From Octopus sinensis (Eukaryota): a stretch of 64,000 nucleotides of DNA. Each line of letters opens with the position of its first letter. Within the stretch, counting starts at the first letter, position 1. Positions 1-12,884 of the stretch are shown here, in pieces. The notes beneath the pieces are model-generated. The model worked only from the letters and a program-made list of their open reading frames with translations, had not been told where the DNA came from and did no database searches. The stretch spans positions 42,966,001 to 43,030,000 of the forward strand of contig NC_042997.1 in the NCBI RefSeq assembly GCF_006345805.1, given 5' to 3'. The translations under genes and the position numbers were made by a program.

Positions 1-202
1 TCTTCAACTCAAATTATTTGGAGGCATCATGACCCATTTTACACCATACAAATCCATCTACGTAATAACTTTCTCAAGATGTCAAACTGAGCTGTAGAGA
101 TTTTAGTGATTGCTTCAACTTATCCTTATGACGGGTCTTCCTTTACTGTGGTATCCCTCTACTTGTTGGCATATTATTATTGTTATTATTATTATTATTA
201 TT

Positions 203-415
203 CTACCAGCCTCGTCTGGCACCTGTGTCGGTGGCACATAAAAAGCACCCACTACACTCACAGAGTGGTTGGCGTTAGGAAGGGCATCCAGCTGTAGAAA
301 CACTGCCAGATCTGACTGGCCTGGTGCAGCCTTCGGGCTCGCCAGACCCCAGTTGAACCGTCCAACCCATGCTAGCATGGAAAGCGGACATTAAACGATG
401 ATGATGATGATGATG
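203..415 (+). mobile_element. RTE 3'-UTR-derived short retroposon with (GAT)n tail
   Basis: GGCGTTAGGAAGGGCATCCAG...CCCATGCTAGCATGGAAAGCGGAC..AAACGATGATG; homologous copies at 52765-53000 (minus) and 53500-53820 (plus). Confidence 0.8.
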
Positions 416-1021
416 ATTACTAATGTGTTTGTTTTGATATTGTAAAATGCCAACCTTGTTTGTGAAAAAATGTTTTGGCCTGGGTTTGGACTCTCTAAGT
501 ATATTTTGTTCCCGCTTATCGCTTTTATTATTGATTATTGTTGTTTAGCGCCAAGTTGGCTCTGACAAAATAGACATGAGATCAAAAGCTTCCAGCCATG
601 ACCAGTTCATCTCATTTTCGCACCATATTTTCATTCAGGACTATAGTACTCAATATATTCATCCAGGACTCTAATATTCTTTTTGAAGTTGATAAAAATG
701 TTGGGGTGGGGTGGAATTTGGTTGCTATCTCTAGCAGAGCAAGTGACTACTGAGAGGCTTCTTCGTAGGTTTGAGATTATTTTTTGTTATTGCTTGTGTT
801 ATTTATTGATTGATTATTTGATATGGATGACTGATTTATCGATTAATTGATGAATGGATTGATGATTATCCAAATTTACTGAAGAAGACAAACATTTTAA
901 ATCTGTAAATGGAAAAATAGGGAGTGGAAAAGATAAGCGACTGAAATAATATATATTCCTGTTAGATCTATGTGATGTATGAGAAACAAGAATTCCGTCC
1001 CACCTTACCTACCAGGTCAAA

Positions 1022-1408
1022 GTGGAGGCGCAATGGCCCAGTGGTTAGGGCAGCGGACTCGCAGTCATAGGATCGCGGTTTCGATTCCTAGACCGGGCGT
1101 TGTGAGCGTTTATTGAGCGAAAACACCTAAAATTCCACGAGGCCCCCGGCGAGGATGGTGGTGATCCCTGCTGTACTCTTTCACCACAACTTTCTCTCAC
1201 TCTTACTTCCTGTTTCTGTTGTACCTGTATTTCAAAGGGCCAGCCTTGTCACTCTCTGTGTCACGCTGAATATCCCCAAGTACTACGTTAAGGGCACACG
1301 TGTCTGCGGAGTGCTCAGCCACTTACACATTAATTTCACGAGCAGGCTGTTCCATTGATTCGGATCAACCGGAACCCTCGTCGTCGTAACCGACGGAGTG
1401 CTTCCACT
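1022..1408 (+). mobile_element. Young tRNA-derived SINE family S1 (about 385 bp)
   Basis: A box TGGCCCAGTGG, B box GGTTTCGATTCC; TSD AGGTCAAA. Confidence 0.93.
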
Positions 1409-2246
1409 AGGTCAAAGCAGCATTGCAGGATAATTTAGTTGTATTATGTGTGTCTACGACATGTCAATCTAATAGGGCCCATCCCTTTTACATTTTAATC
1501 ATTCATTTGGGATTCAACACTACAAACTAACGGAACATTTATCAATGATTATTTTATAAAATTCTAAAGGCCGCAAGATGGCAGTATCGTTAGCACGCTG
1601 AGCAAAATGCTTAGCGGCATTCCTTCCATCTTTACGTTCTGAGTTCAAATGTCATCGAGGTCGACTTTGCTTTTCACCCTTTGGGGTTCGATAAAATAAG
1701 TACCAGTTGAGCACTCAAGTCGATTTAATAGACCTATCCTCTATCCCGAAATTGATAGCCTTGTGGCAAAAACTGAAATCATTGTTATATAAGATTCTTG
1801 ACGAACTGGCAGAAGGGTCAGCACGCCAGGCGAAATGCTTATCTCAACATTCTGAGTTAAAAATTTCGCCAAAGGATGCTTTTCATCCTTTCGAGAATAT
1901 ATTGGGTACTATAGTCCTGGATGAAAATATGGTGTGAAAATGAGATGAACTGGTCATGGCTGGAAGTTTTTGATCTCATGTCTACTTTGTCAGAGTCAAC
2001 TTCGCGCTAAACAAGCACCGGGGTCGATGCAACCGACTAGCCACTTCCCCAGAATTTCAGGCCTTGTGCTAATAGTAGAAAGAATTATATAAGATTCTCA
2101 TTGCTCCCAGCATTAATGCAATATTCCCACTAAGCATATTGTACACAAAAGGTCAGTTTCAGTTGTGTAAAATAGATGGATCTCTGTCGGTTTCGAAGAT
2201 TAGCATTCATTGATTTCGATTGACTAAACTTCTCACTCATTGAATT

Positions 2247-2612
2247 GTGGTGAAAGCACTCCATCGGTTATGACGATGAGGGTTCCGGTTGATCCGAATC
2301 AACGGAACAGCCTGCTCGTCAAATTAACGTGTAAGTGGCTGAGCACTCCACAGACACGTGCACCCTTAACGTAGTTCTCGGGGATATTCAGCGTGACACA
2401 GAGAGTGACAAGGCCGGCCCTTTGAAATACAGGTACAACAGAAACAGGAAGTAAGAGTGAGAGAAAGTTGTGGTGAAAGAGTACAGCAGGGATCACCACC
2501 ATCCCCTGCCAGAGCCTCCTGGAGCTTTTAGGTGTTTTCGCACAATAAACGAAACCGCGATCCTATGACCGCGAGTCCGCTGCCCTAACCACTGGGCCAT
2601 TGCGTCTCCACT
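2247..2612 (-). mobile_element. SINE family S1, nested in an older relative
   Basis: 12-bp TSD ACTCATTGAATT; flanks are a diverged homolog of S1. Confidence 0.92.
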
Positions 2613-3702
2613 ACTCATTGAATTAGCGTGTAAGTGGCTGAGTATTCCGCAGACACGTATAATTTTAACATAATTCTCAGGCGGAATCAAATCAGTGTGA
2701 CAAAGTTTAACCAGACGGGGCCTTTAAATTACGGGTGCAATCCAATGATTGTACCCGTAATTGCATAGCAAGAATATGTGCTGCCCGGGACAACCCTTGA
2801 GTTGCCCCTCACCACCACCACCACCACCACCGGCAATACAGCCTATACAGACTTATAAAGCAGACACAAAAGTGCCCCCCACCACTAAAAAATGTTGCCC
2901 GGAGCGAACCACTTCGACACCCTGACACTAGCAACCTTACTGAGAGCAACCCATTTGACTGACTCGCAACACAGTTTCTGTCTGCTTATTAAATTATGGA
3001 TCACTCATTAAATTATAATAAGCTGTGTAGTAGGATTGAACCCTGCGACCTCGTGATTACGAAGCGTCCTTCTTAACTATTCGGCCATGTTACACCAAAG
3101 TTATCTAAAATAATATGATTAGTAATTATGCTTATGATACATTCAACTGTTGGCAGAAACCTTTTCCAGAGGAAAATAGTTTACAACATAAGATTTTTGC
3201 GCACACTGAATAAGAAAAGATAGAATAGGGGGGAACATTTCACGAGTGTATATCTCTCTCTGAAACCTGTTTGTAGCTAAGTTGACTGAGCCGCTAAACT
3301 GAGTTAGCTGGAATTGAATGGCTTAGTTATGATAAGACTTCACCAGTCATCCTGTTTAATATAATTATATGACCCCGGCAAAGTTCTTTGTTGTAAGTAT
3401 TCAAACTTGGTCTCTCGTTTGAGGATAGCCCATAAATTAATTATAGTAATTCTTTCTAATTTTGGCACAAGGCCATAAATTTTGAGAGGAGGGGTAAGTC
3501 AAGTATATCGACTCCTGTGCTCAACTGGTTGTTATTTTATCGATCTCCAAAGTCGACCTCCAATGAATCTGAACTCAGAAAGTAAAACCCGAAGAAATGT
3601 CACTAAGCAATTTGACCGGCGTGGTAACGATTCTGTCAGTTCGTTGATTTCTAAAAAAATTTGCTCAGTAAGAGCTGACATGGAGGTAAACAAACACTGA
3701 GA

Positions 3703-3738
<36 letters not shown>

Positions 3739-3948
3739 CCTTTCTACTATAGGCACAAGGCCTGAAATTTTGGAGGAAGGGACTAGATTACATCGACACC
3801 AATGTTTCACTGGGACTCAATTTATCGACCCCGGAAGGGTGAAAAGCAAAGTCGGTCTCGGCAAAATTTGAACTCAGAACGTAAAAACAGGAGTAATGCC
3901 ACTAAGCATTTTGCCCAACGTGCTAACGGTTCTACCACCTCGCCGCCT

Positions 3949-3983
<35 letters not shown>

Positions 3984-4430
3984 ATAATAATAATAATAAT
4001 AATGATAATAATAATGATAATAATAATAATCATATCTATAAAAGGGAGGATGTGTGTGCATGCATGTGTGTGTGTGTGTGTGCATGCATGTGTGTGTGTG
4101 TGTGCATGCATGTGTGTGTGTGTGTGTGCATGCATGTGTGTGTGTGTGAGTACGTGATTGTAATTTATGCACATCCACAAATTAGCACGCATGTCGCTCA
4201 GATTTTAGGAGGACATTCGTCAACATCATATCTGGGTTTTGTCAACTTATTTTTTTCCCCCCCGAGGCACCCGCGGATATCGGGGGGGGGGGGAATCTAT
4301 TTTCAGACATAGCTTTTAGCCATAAAAAATATCAGTCATTACTTTTTTGATGGCATCTAACAAAGAAAAAATAAGATAAAGAAAAGTGGAAGAAGGAGGC
4401 AGAGAGTTTCACGGGAAAGACAAAGTGAGA

Positions 4431-4473
<43 letters not shown>

Positions 4474-5132
4474 AATGACTACGTTCATAAAAAATATAAT
4501 GTAAAATGTTTTGTTTTTTGTTTTTGAAAGACACTATATTTTATAATCATAGTATAATCATAAATGGCGGTGCCCCGGCATGGCCACAGCTCGTGAGCTA
4601 AAACTAGAATCAATCAATCAATCATATATACTTTCTCACACAACAATTACAATATATTTATTCTAAATCATTTATTTTAAATCGTTCATCTTCCCCCCCT
4701 TCTCTCTCTCTCACACATTACTTTGGGTGCGAAAGAGTTTTGTTTTTATTTTACGCCGAATAAATAAGTGTTTTGTTGACAATCCATTTATTTAACAACA
4801 AAGAAACAAAGAGGTGAGTAATAATTTGTCAGTGAATTACACAATATAAATGGGTACAATTTGCGAGGCTTCCACCACACCCCACTCCGTTTCATGGACC
4901 ACAAAAAGGGTTTTGAGGCCAGAGTAGTTGATTCCACACAAAAAAGCCGATTTTTTTTCTTAGTGAAAATCGTCCTAGTGTTAATCTACAAATTTAACAA
5001 CATTTTTTTCCATTCATTTCTGTTTATGAACATGTATGCGTGCACAAAACATGCAATAGGTGTACGTACGTGTGTGTATGTGTGTTCGTGTCTGTTGCCC
5101 ATATATATTTATATTATATTTTATATATATAC

Positions 5133-5197
<65 letters not shown>

Positions 5198-5939
5198 ATA
5201 ACTAATTTCAATGGATTTCGCCCAAATTTGACGTCTATATTACTTAGTTTGGTTTGAAATAAAGAACTTGATTAGGTTAATAATCGTAATTTAATCTCAG
5301 GCAAGGCCGGGTTATACTGCTAGTAATAATAATAAGCCTTTCTACTGGAAGCACAAGGCTTCAAATTTTGGGGGAAGGGATTAAGTCGATTTCATCGATC
5401 CCGGTGCGTTATTGGTACTTATTTAATCGACCCCGAAAGGATGAAAGGTAAATTTGAACTCAGAACGCAGCGACGGGCGAAATACCGCTATGCATTTCGT
5501 CCAGCGTGCTAACGACTCTTATTTTTTTCTACTCTAGGAAGAAGGCCCTTTTTTTTTTTTTTTTGAGGGGGCAGTCGATTAGATCGACCCCAGTACGCCA
5601 TATGGTACTTAATTTATCGACCCCGAAAGGATGAAAGGTAAAGTCGACCTCGGCGGAATTTGAACTCAGAACATAAAGACGAAATACTGCTAAACATTTT
5701 GCCCGGCATGCTAATGATTCTGCCATCTCGCCACCTTAATAACCTCCTAATATGATAATGAGCGTAGTGTTTTTATATATTTGTATGTATATATATATTT
5801 GTTCAAAATCACGCAGAGTAGTATAAGTGAAGGGAGAGGAGAGAAAATAGTAATTCAGTGAAGGAGAAGTAGTGAGAGTAATAGCCCTAAGAGGGAGTGA
5901 GAGAAAGTAATAGCAATGAGAGAGAGAAAGTGGCAAAGA

Positions 5940-6095
5940 GTGCATCTTAAAGTCGCCGAAAATGAGTGTGTTGTTCATGCCGATGTCTGTTACATCCAAA
6001 CCTAATAATCTGAAGTCATTGAGCAGGTGACCATGTGTCCAGGGTGACCCTATGCCACATGCATTTATATACTTCACTCTCAGGGCTGTCATGCT
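5940..6095 (-). pseudogene. Short remnant of L1/Tx1-type APE endonuclease N-terminus
   Basis: MTALRVKYINACGI...LLNDFRLLGLDV resembles the ORF2 start (xNxxGL...D) fused to a GDF motif. Confidence 0.5.
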
Positions 6096-6476
6096 GGTGA
6101 AAAAGAAGGCGGAGAAATGGAAATGAGTTACTTAAACATTTGGGTGTCCCAGAGACAAAGTGACTCGGTCTCCAGGAACTTTTGAGATTCCATTGCGCTG
6201 GGACTTCCCACTTTATTGGGGGAAATAATTCCCCCCCACCACCACCATTTTGTATGTTTCAAATACAACCTTGTTAATTTCAAATTTTGAGATTCTTAGA
6301 AATTGCAGGACCTGAAGACATTTTCCGTTGTGTCGATATTTTCTTTTTGTACGATAAAAGTCATCAGCTTTTTATTCGTGCTCTTTATCAGCACGAAGTT
6401 TGGGGTGGCTGTATTTTCTAGACGCTATGTTTGTGTGCCAGTCTGCTAGTGCTACTCCAGCGTGTATTTTCTTTTG

Positions 6477-6862
6477 GTGGAGGCGCAATGGCCCAGTGGT
6501 TAGGGCAGCGGACTCGCGGTCGTAGGATCGCGGTTTCGATTCCCAGACCGGGCGTTGTGAGTGTTTATTGAGCGAAAACACCTAAAAGCTCCACGAGGCT
6601 CCGGCAGGGGATGGTGGTGAACCCTGCTGTACTCTTTCACCACAACTTTCTCTCACTCTTACTTCCTGTTTCTGTTGTATCTGTATTTCAAAGGGCCGGC
6701 CTTGTCACTCTCTGTGTCACGCTGAATATCCCCGAGAACTGCGTTAAGGGTACACGTGTCTGTGGAGTGCTCAGCCACTTACACGTTAATTCCACGAGCA
6801 AGCTGTTCCGTTGATCGTATCAGCTGGGACCCTCATCGTCGTAACCGACGGAGTGCTAAAGG
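6477..6862 (+). mobile_element. SINE family S1
   Basis: TSD ATTTTCTTTTG. Confidence 0.93.
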
Positions 6863-7191
6863 ATTTTCTTTTGGTTGAGTGGGTGTTGTTGTTGTTGGTG
6901 GTGGTGGCAGTGTTGTGGATTTGTCTACGTTTGGCCGAGGCTGTGCTTTTCGTGATGCTATTGTTATTGTATGGTTCGTTTAGAGCAGTTGTAGCTTTTT
7001 AAAAAATCTTATTGGTTGTTATTTTTTGTAGGTCTTGCGATCACACGGAGACCTTCCTTCATTTGCTCGAAACCAACTTGGTTGTTACTGTTTAGTCCCA
7101 GATCAGCTCAGAGCCGGATTAAAACCCGCAAAGGGCCAAAGCACTTAAAAAGTTTTTGTGCCTTCATATAATGTGTCATTCAAAATTTTTC

Positions 7192-7576
7192 GTGGAGGCG
7201 CAATGGTCCAGTGGTTAGGGCAGCTGACTCGCGGTCGTAGGATCGTGGTTTCGATTCCCAGACCGGGCGTTGTGAGTGTTTATTGAGTGAAAACACCTAA
7301 AAGCTCCACGAGGCTCCGGCAGGGGATGGTGGTGATCCCTGCTGTACTCTTTCACCACAACTTTCTCTCACTCTTACTTCCTGTTTCTGTTGTACATGTA
7401 TTTCAAAGGGCCGGCCTTGTCACTCTCTGTGTCACGCTGAATATCCCCGAGAACTACGTTAAGGGTACACGTGTCTGTGGAGTGCTCAGCCACTTACACG
7501 TTAATTTCACGAGCAGGCTGTTCCGTTGGTCGGATCAACTGGAACCCTCGTCGTCGTAACCGACGGAGTGCTTCCA
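7192..7576 (+). mobile_element. SINE family S1
   Basis: TSD CATTCAAAAT. Confidence 0.93.
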
Positions 7577-8011
7577 CATTCAAAATATAAACAATAATAA
7601 ACCATTAAGTATTTTTTTTTTTCATTTTCCAAAATAATACAAAACTAACTGAAAAGTGGATTTTTTTTTTCTTTTTTGTATACTCCCACTTTATTAATAT
7701 TTGAAAAGTTTTCTCCTACATTTTTAAAATAACAAAGTCTTTGATCAGAACCTCATTATGATACCATGAACATTTCGAAATTATATTTCCAATCATATAA
7801 ACCACTTCGAATATTATTTTACAAATTTAAAGTGAATGATTTTGTGCCGTAGACCGTTCATCAATTCTGTGGTACCGCCCTTCCCTTGATACCCTAAGAA
7901 AGTGCTTATTTTGCTTAATGGTTAATCCAGCGCTGAATCAGCTCTAAATAAACCGCTTTTTTTTTTTAACTTTAGATATCAGCAACAAAAGAGCCCAGCC
8001 CGTCGTATATA

Positions 8012-8065
<54 letters not shown>

Positions 8066-8292
8066 GTGTGTGTGTGTGTGTGTGTTGTGTGTCTGTGTTT
8101 GTTCCCCCCCCCCCTCAACATCACTTGACAACCGATGCTGGTGTGCTTATGCCCCCGTAACTTAGCGGTTTGGCAAAAGAGACCGATAGAATAAGTACTA
8201 GGCTTACAAAGAATAAGTCCTGGGGTCGATTTGCTCGACTAAAGGCGGTGCTCCAGCATGGCCGCAGTCAAATGACTGAAACAAGTAAAAGA

Positions 8293-8326
<34 letters not shown>

Positions 8327-8426
8327 TGAAAATAACAACCAAATCGCTCTCAAATCACACCCTACCTTCTTGACCCTTTTGCAACGGAAATCAGATATAC
8401 CCATTCAAAATTTCGTTACCCTTAAC

Positions 8427-8575
8427 CACTGGCATAGCCAGGTGGTGAAGCGCTAGGGGCGGTTCGCCCCATGCGGCACTTTTGGGTCTGCTGTAGGCAA
8501 TATGTGTTTTTTGTGGGGTCCGGAAGACAAACAGAAGGGCCGCCCCGGGCAGCACACATTCTAGCTACGCAAGAG
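8427..8575 (+). mobile_element. Small hAT-like MITE family M3
   Basis: TIR CACTRGCRTAGCYAG; 8-bp TSD CCCTTAAC. Confidence 0.8.
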
Positions 8576-8719
8576 CCCTTAACTGCGGAAGGCAATTTTG
8601 TAACTGTGAAATTCCAGCAATGATGCTAAATATTGGCCAAAAAGTAGAATTAGTACTCAACAAAAAATAGCTTCAAACATTACATTCCTCAACAAAAGAC
8701 AGATTGGTGTACAAAATTG

Positions 8720-9156
8720 GGCGATCTTTCGTCTCTAGTAGACCTTTCCGTCGATTTCCGTAAAATTTTTTTTTTTTTACATATGGGCTTGCGGGAACTT
8801 TTGAAGTAATATACATACATATACACATACACCGAGTAAAAAATTTCAGTTATCTCTCTCTTTCACACATTACTCTGTCTCTTCACACACACTAACAGAA
8901 GCACTTCACTTACACAACATACTGTCCGTCTCCCACACCCCATCAAACACACACACACACACGCACGCACACACACATGTACATCAATGCTTGCCATGCA
9001 CGGTAACTTCAAAAGAACTTCCCTCGTCATAAAATGGCTTTCTCTTAGTCTCTTTCGCTCTCATTTCTTCAAAAGTTCCCGCAAGCCCATATGTAAAAAA
9101 AAATTTTTTTTTTTACTGAAATCGACGGAAAGGTCTACTAGAGACGAAAGATTGCC
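8720..9156. mobile_element. MITE family M2 (about 80-bp TIR), Merlin-like or hAT
   Basis: GGCGATCTTTCGTCTCTAG...CTAGAGACGAAAGATTGCC; 8-bp TSD CAAAATTG. Confidence 0.92.
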
Positions 9157-9181
9157 CAAAATTGTCTTCCGCAGTTAAGGG

Positions 9182-9347
9182 CACTAGCGTAGCTAGAGCG
9201 TGTGCCACCCAGGGCGGCCCTTCCGCTTGTCTTCCGGACCCGACAAAAAACACATATTGCCTATAGCAGACCCAAAAGTGCCGCATGGGGCGAACCGCCC
9301 CTACCGCACCGCCCCTACCGCACCGCCCCCACCTAGCTACGCCAGTG
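9182..9347 (-). mobile_element. Small hAT-like MITE family M3, inverted twin of 8427-8575
   Basis: CACTAGCGTAGCTAG...CTAGCTACGCCAGTG; TSD GTTAAGGG (reverse complement of CCCTTAAC). Confidence 0.85.
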
Positions 9348-9702
9348 GTTAAGGGTAACGAAATTTTGAATGGGTATATCTGATTTCCGTTGCAAAAGGG
9401 TTAAGAAGGTAGGGTGTGATTTGAGAGCGATTTGGTTGTTATTTTCAGCAGCTCGAGTGACCAAGCAGAAACTTCTTTGTTCGAGTTCCGAGACCAGCCG
9501 ACATACATTAATGTCACCTTTCTATTTTATTATTTCATAGGTTGGTGTTAGAGCCGGTGTGAGGTATAAATTAGAGATATACTTACATCATTCAATATAT
9601 AAATACATTTACAGAAATTATTGTTCAAAAATTTCGACCATCTGATCTCTCTTGCTCATTGGTTTTAGATTTTAAAAGTCCCTTGAGGTATTTTATTTTT
9701 TC

Positions 9703-10140
9703 AGCGATCTTTCGTCTCTAGTAGACCTTTCCGTCGATTTCCGTAAAAAAATTTTTTTTTTTTACATATGGGTTTGCAGGAACTTTTGAAGTAATATACA
9801 TACATATACACATACACCGAGTAAAAAATTTCAGTTATCTCTCTCTTTCACACATTACTCTCTCTGTCTCTTCACACACACTAACAGAAGCACTTCACTT
9901 ACACAACATACTGTCTGTCTCCCACACCCCATCAAACACACACACACAGACACACACATGTACATCAATGCTTCCCATGCACGGTAACTTCAAAAGAATT
10001 TCCCTCGTCATACAATCGCTTTCTCTTAGTCTCTTTCGCTCTCATTACTTCAAAAGTTCCCGCAAGCCCATATGTAAAATAAAAAAAAAAAGTTTTTTAC
10101 GGAAATCGACGGAAAGGTCTACTAGAGATGAAAGATTGCC
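9703..10140. mobile_element. MITE family M2, second copy, same orientation
   Basis: Near-identical to 8720-9156; different 8-bp TSD ATTTTTTC. Confidence 0.92.
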
Positions 10141-10479
10141 ATTTTTTCTATATTATCTCATTTGTCTGTTCTTTATTTTCAATGGTAGTTGCATTTCAAG
10201 GAAGATTTGACTACTATTTCTACCAGGTCGAGTGACTTGGTATGTCGACACTATGATCCACAATTTCATGTAGAGAAACAAAACGTTCAGAAACTGACAG
10301 GTGAGGGCAAAATGAAGGAAATATGGAAAATGGAGAAGAAAGGACGAGACAATAAGAAAAAAACAAACTAAACTGTAGAAAAGGAAAACGAAATGAAGGA
10401 AAGGAAAGACAGGATAAGAAGGAGGGAGGGAGAGAATGAAAGAAAAAGAAAGAGAGGAAGATATATAAAAAGTATGTAG

Positions 10480-10873
10480 AGGCGCAGGAGTGGCTGTGTG
10501 GTAAGTAGCTTGCTAACCAACCACATGGTTCCGGGTTCAGTCCCACTGCGTGGCATCTTGGGCAAGTGTCTTCTACTATAGCCCCGGGCTGACCAATGCC
10601 TTGTGAGTGGATTTGGTAGACGGAAACTGAAAGAAGCCTGTTGTATATATATATGTATGTGTGTGTGTGTGTGTGTGTTTGTCGTCCTAGCATTGCTTGA
10701 CAACCGATGCTGGTGTGTTTACGTCCCCGTCACTTAGCGGTTCGGCAAAAGAGACCGATAGAATAAGTACTGGGCTTACAAAAAGAATAAGTCCCGAGAT
10801 CGAGTTGCTCGACTAAAGGCGGTGCTCCAGCATGCCTGCAGTCAAATGACTGAAACAAGTAAAAGAGTAAAAG
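10480..10873 (+). mobile_element. tRNA-derived SINE family S2 (CORE-like, internal microsatellite, GAGTAAAA tail)
   Basis: Head GGCGCAGGAGTGGCTGTGTGG...GGTTCAGTCCC, CORE-like CTTGGGCAAGTG; partial copies near 8100-8295, 16545-16740, 34490-35610, 60060-60190, 63183-63875. Confidence 0.9.
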
Positions 10874-11787
10874 AGAGAGAGAGAGAGAGAAAAATAACAA
10901 GTGAAGAGAAGATGGAAACGGAAAAGGAGAGAAAGAGCGTAATAGTTGAAAACGGAGAGAATAGAGAAACAGGAGTAGAGAAGAAAGGAAAGAAAATGGG
11001 CGAGAGAGAAAATTGCGGAGGTGAAAAATAGAGAGTGTTGGAGAAAGAAAATGGAAGAAATTTTTAAAATGTGAATGAGGGAAGAGAAATTATGGTTGAG
11101 AAAAGAACAAAGAAATTCGGAATGACCCGCTGCATATCTAAGCCGATTACTGAAACAACAGTTTTAACATGAAAAGTGGCTCTCACTATTTCTCATTGTT
11201 TCCACCTCGTATTTCTCTTTGTTTGTAGTGTAAGGTGGTTATAGCGCCAAACCGTTACGCTTTGCTTTATTTTGTGTCGTTTTTTACCTTTCGCACATAA
11301 ACCCCGCATTTGCAATCTATTCGAATAATTTTAAAATTAATATGTTGGCCAGTATGTGATATCATATTGACATATTTATGTCTGCATTCTCGCGTTTCGA
11401 TTAAGGTTACAGGTGTTTTAAGGAGTGTGGGATTAGCGCGGGAAAAGCTGAAGTAAAACTTATTAATTCAAAACCAGTCTGTGTGGTGTGAACAATAGAA
11501 CACCGGCGAAATAGGGTTCATGTTTAACTTATTAATTCGTTTCTGCCTTCAGATTCCAATAGATCAAAATTTGTCTTTTATTTTTCCCAGTCAGTAAAAC
11601 ATTAAAATTCATTAGCCCCGCAAAAGAACCTGATCCGACTTGATTGAGTGAAGATAATTATTCGTCCAAACCTAACTACAATCTGATTTCGACTTGAAGC
11701 CCAGAGCATTTTGAGTTCAAAATCCCACAGAAGTGAATATTGCTTTCAAATACTAGAATCGATTTATATTTTTACAATTATTTCTTG

Positions 11788-12588
11788 GGATCTTTTCCTT
11801 TTGAACGGCACTTTGTAACATAATTTCTAGGTAACTAAAAAGTTTTAAACTTCGTATACTGGTAAAATGTGTTTATAAAACATCATTTTTCTCTTGGCTT
11901 TATTGAGAAAATTCTATAGTTTGTAAGATATTTCGTCTGAAATTTCGAGTATTTTGGCAATTTTAACCAATCGATTACCTCCATTGACGTAAACAACATT
12001 CTGTGCTGTATGAATATGTCCCTCGTTTAAGAAATAGATTGGGAAGAAAAAAAGATACCCTTCCCCCATCCCTATCCCTAACTAACCCTAACTCTCACCC
12101 TAAATCTAAAATAGATTGAAATGCAATAGATCGATACTAGGGTTATAATTATTGGTGACAATTTCATACGACGCCGCTACGGAAAATGGGATTTTTTCTA
12201 GCGGTGTCAAATGAAAATGTCACCCATAATTATAACCCTTGTATCGATCTATTGCATTTCAATCTATTTTAGATTTAGGGTTAGGGGTGGGGGTGGGGGA
12301 AGGGTATCTTTTTTCTTCACAAATGTAAATAAACCCAATCTTTTTCTTAAAGGAGGGACATATTCATACAGCACAGAATGTTATTTACTTAAATGGAGGT
12401 AATCGATTGGTTAAAATTGCCGAAATGCTCGAAATTAAAGACGAAATATTTTACAAACTATAGAATTTTCTCAATAAAGCCAAGAAAAAATGATGTTTTA
12501 TAAACACATTCTACCAGTATACGAAGTTTAAAACTTTTTAGTTACCTAGAAATTATGTTACAAAGTGCCGTTCAAAAGGAAAAGATCC
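11788..12588. mobile_element. Foldback MITE family M1 (about 380-bp arms), Merlin-like or hAT
   Basis: GGATCTTTTCC...GGAAAAGATCC termini; 8-bp TSD ATTTCTTG (11780-11787, 12589-12596). Confidence 0.92.
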
Positions 12589-12884
12589 ATTTCTTGTTGA
12601 AAGCACAGGGTCTGAAATAATGGTTTCAAATTTTAGCACAAAGCCAGGAAATTTAATGGAGAGGGTAAGTCGATAGCATCGACTCCAGCGTTCAGCTGGT
12701 ACTTATTTATCGACCACGAAACGATGAAAGGCAAAGTAGACCACAACAGAATTTGAACTCAGGACGTAAAACCAGAAGAGTCACCAAGCATTTTGTCCCA
12801 TGTGCTAATGATTCTGCCAGCTCGCCACCGATTTATGTTCTAATGCATCCAAGATAGGAATGGAACCATAAGGGAAGAAATTAT

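Noticed and set aside
1030-1100. tRNA-like sequences at SINE heads
   Set aside because: They have A and B boxes but no complete cloverleaf and continue into SINE bodies; not tRNA genes.
1155-1358. Recurrent 67-aa ORF MVVIPAVLFHHNF... in seven places
   Set aside because: It lies inside the young S1 SINE; conservation reflects copy identity, and start and stop context vary. No protein motif.
4563-4607. Hairpin plus CTAG resembling a Helitron 3' end
   Set aside because: Preceding GGCGGTGCCCCGGCATGGCC matches the S2 SINE tail and CTAG is followed by A, not T.
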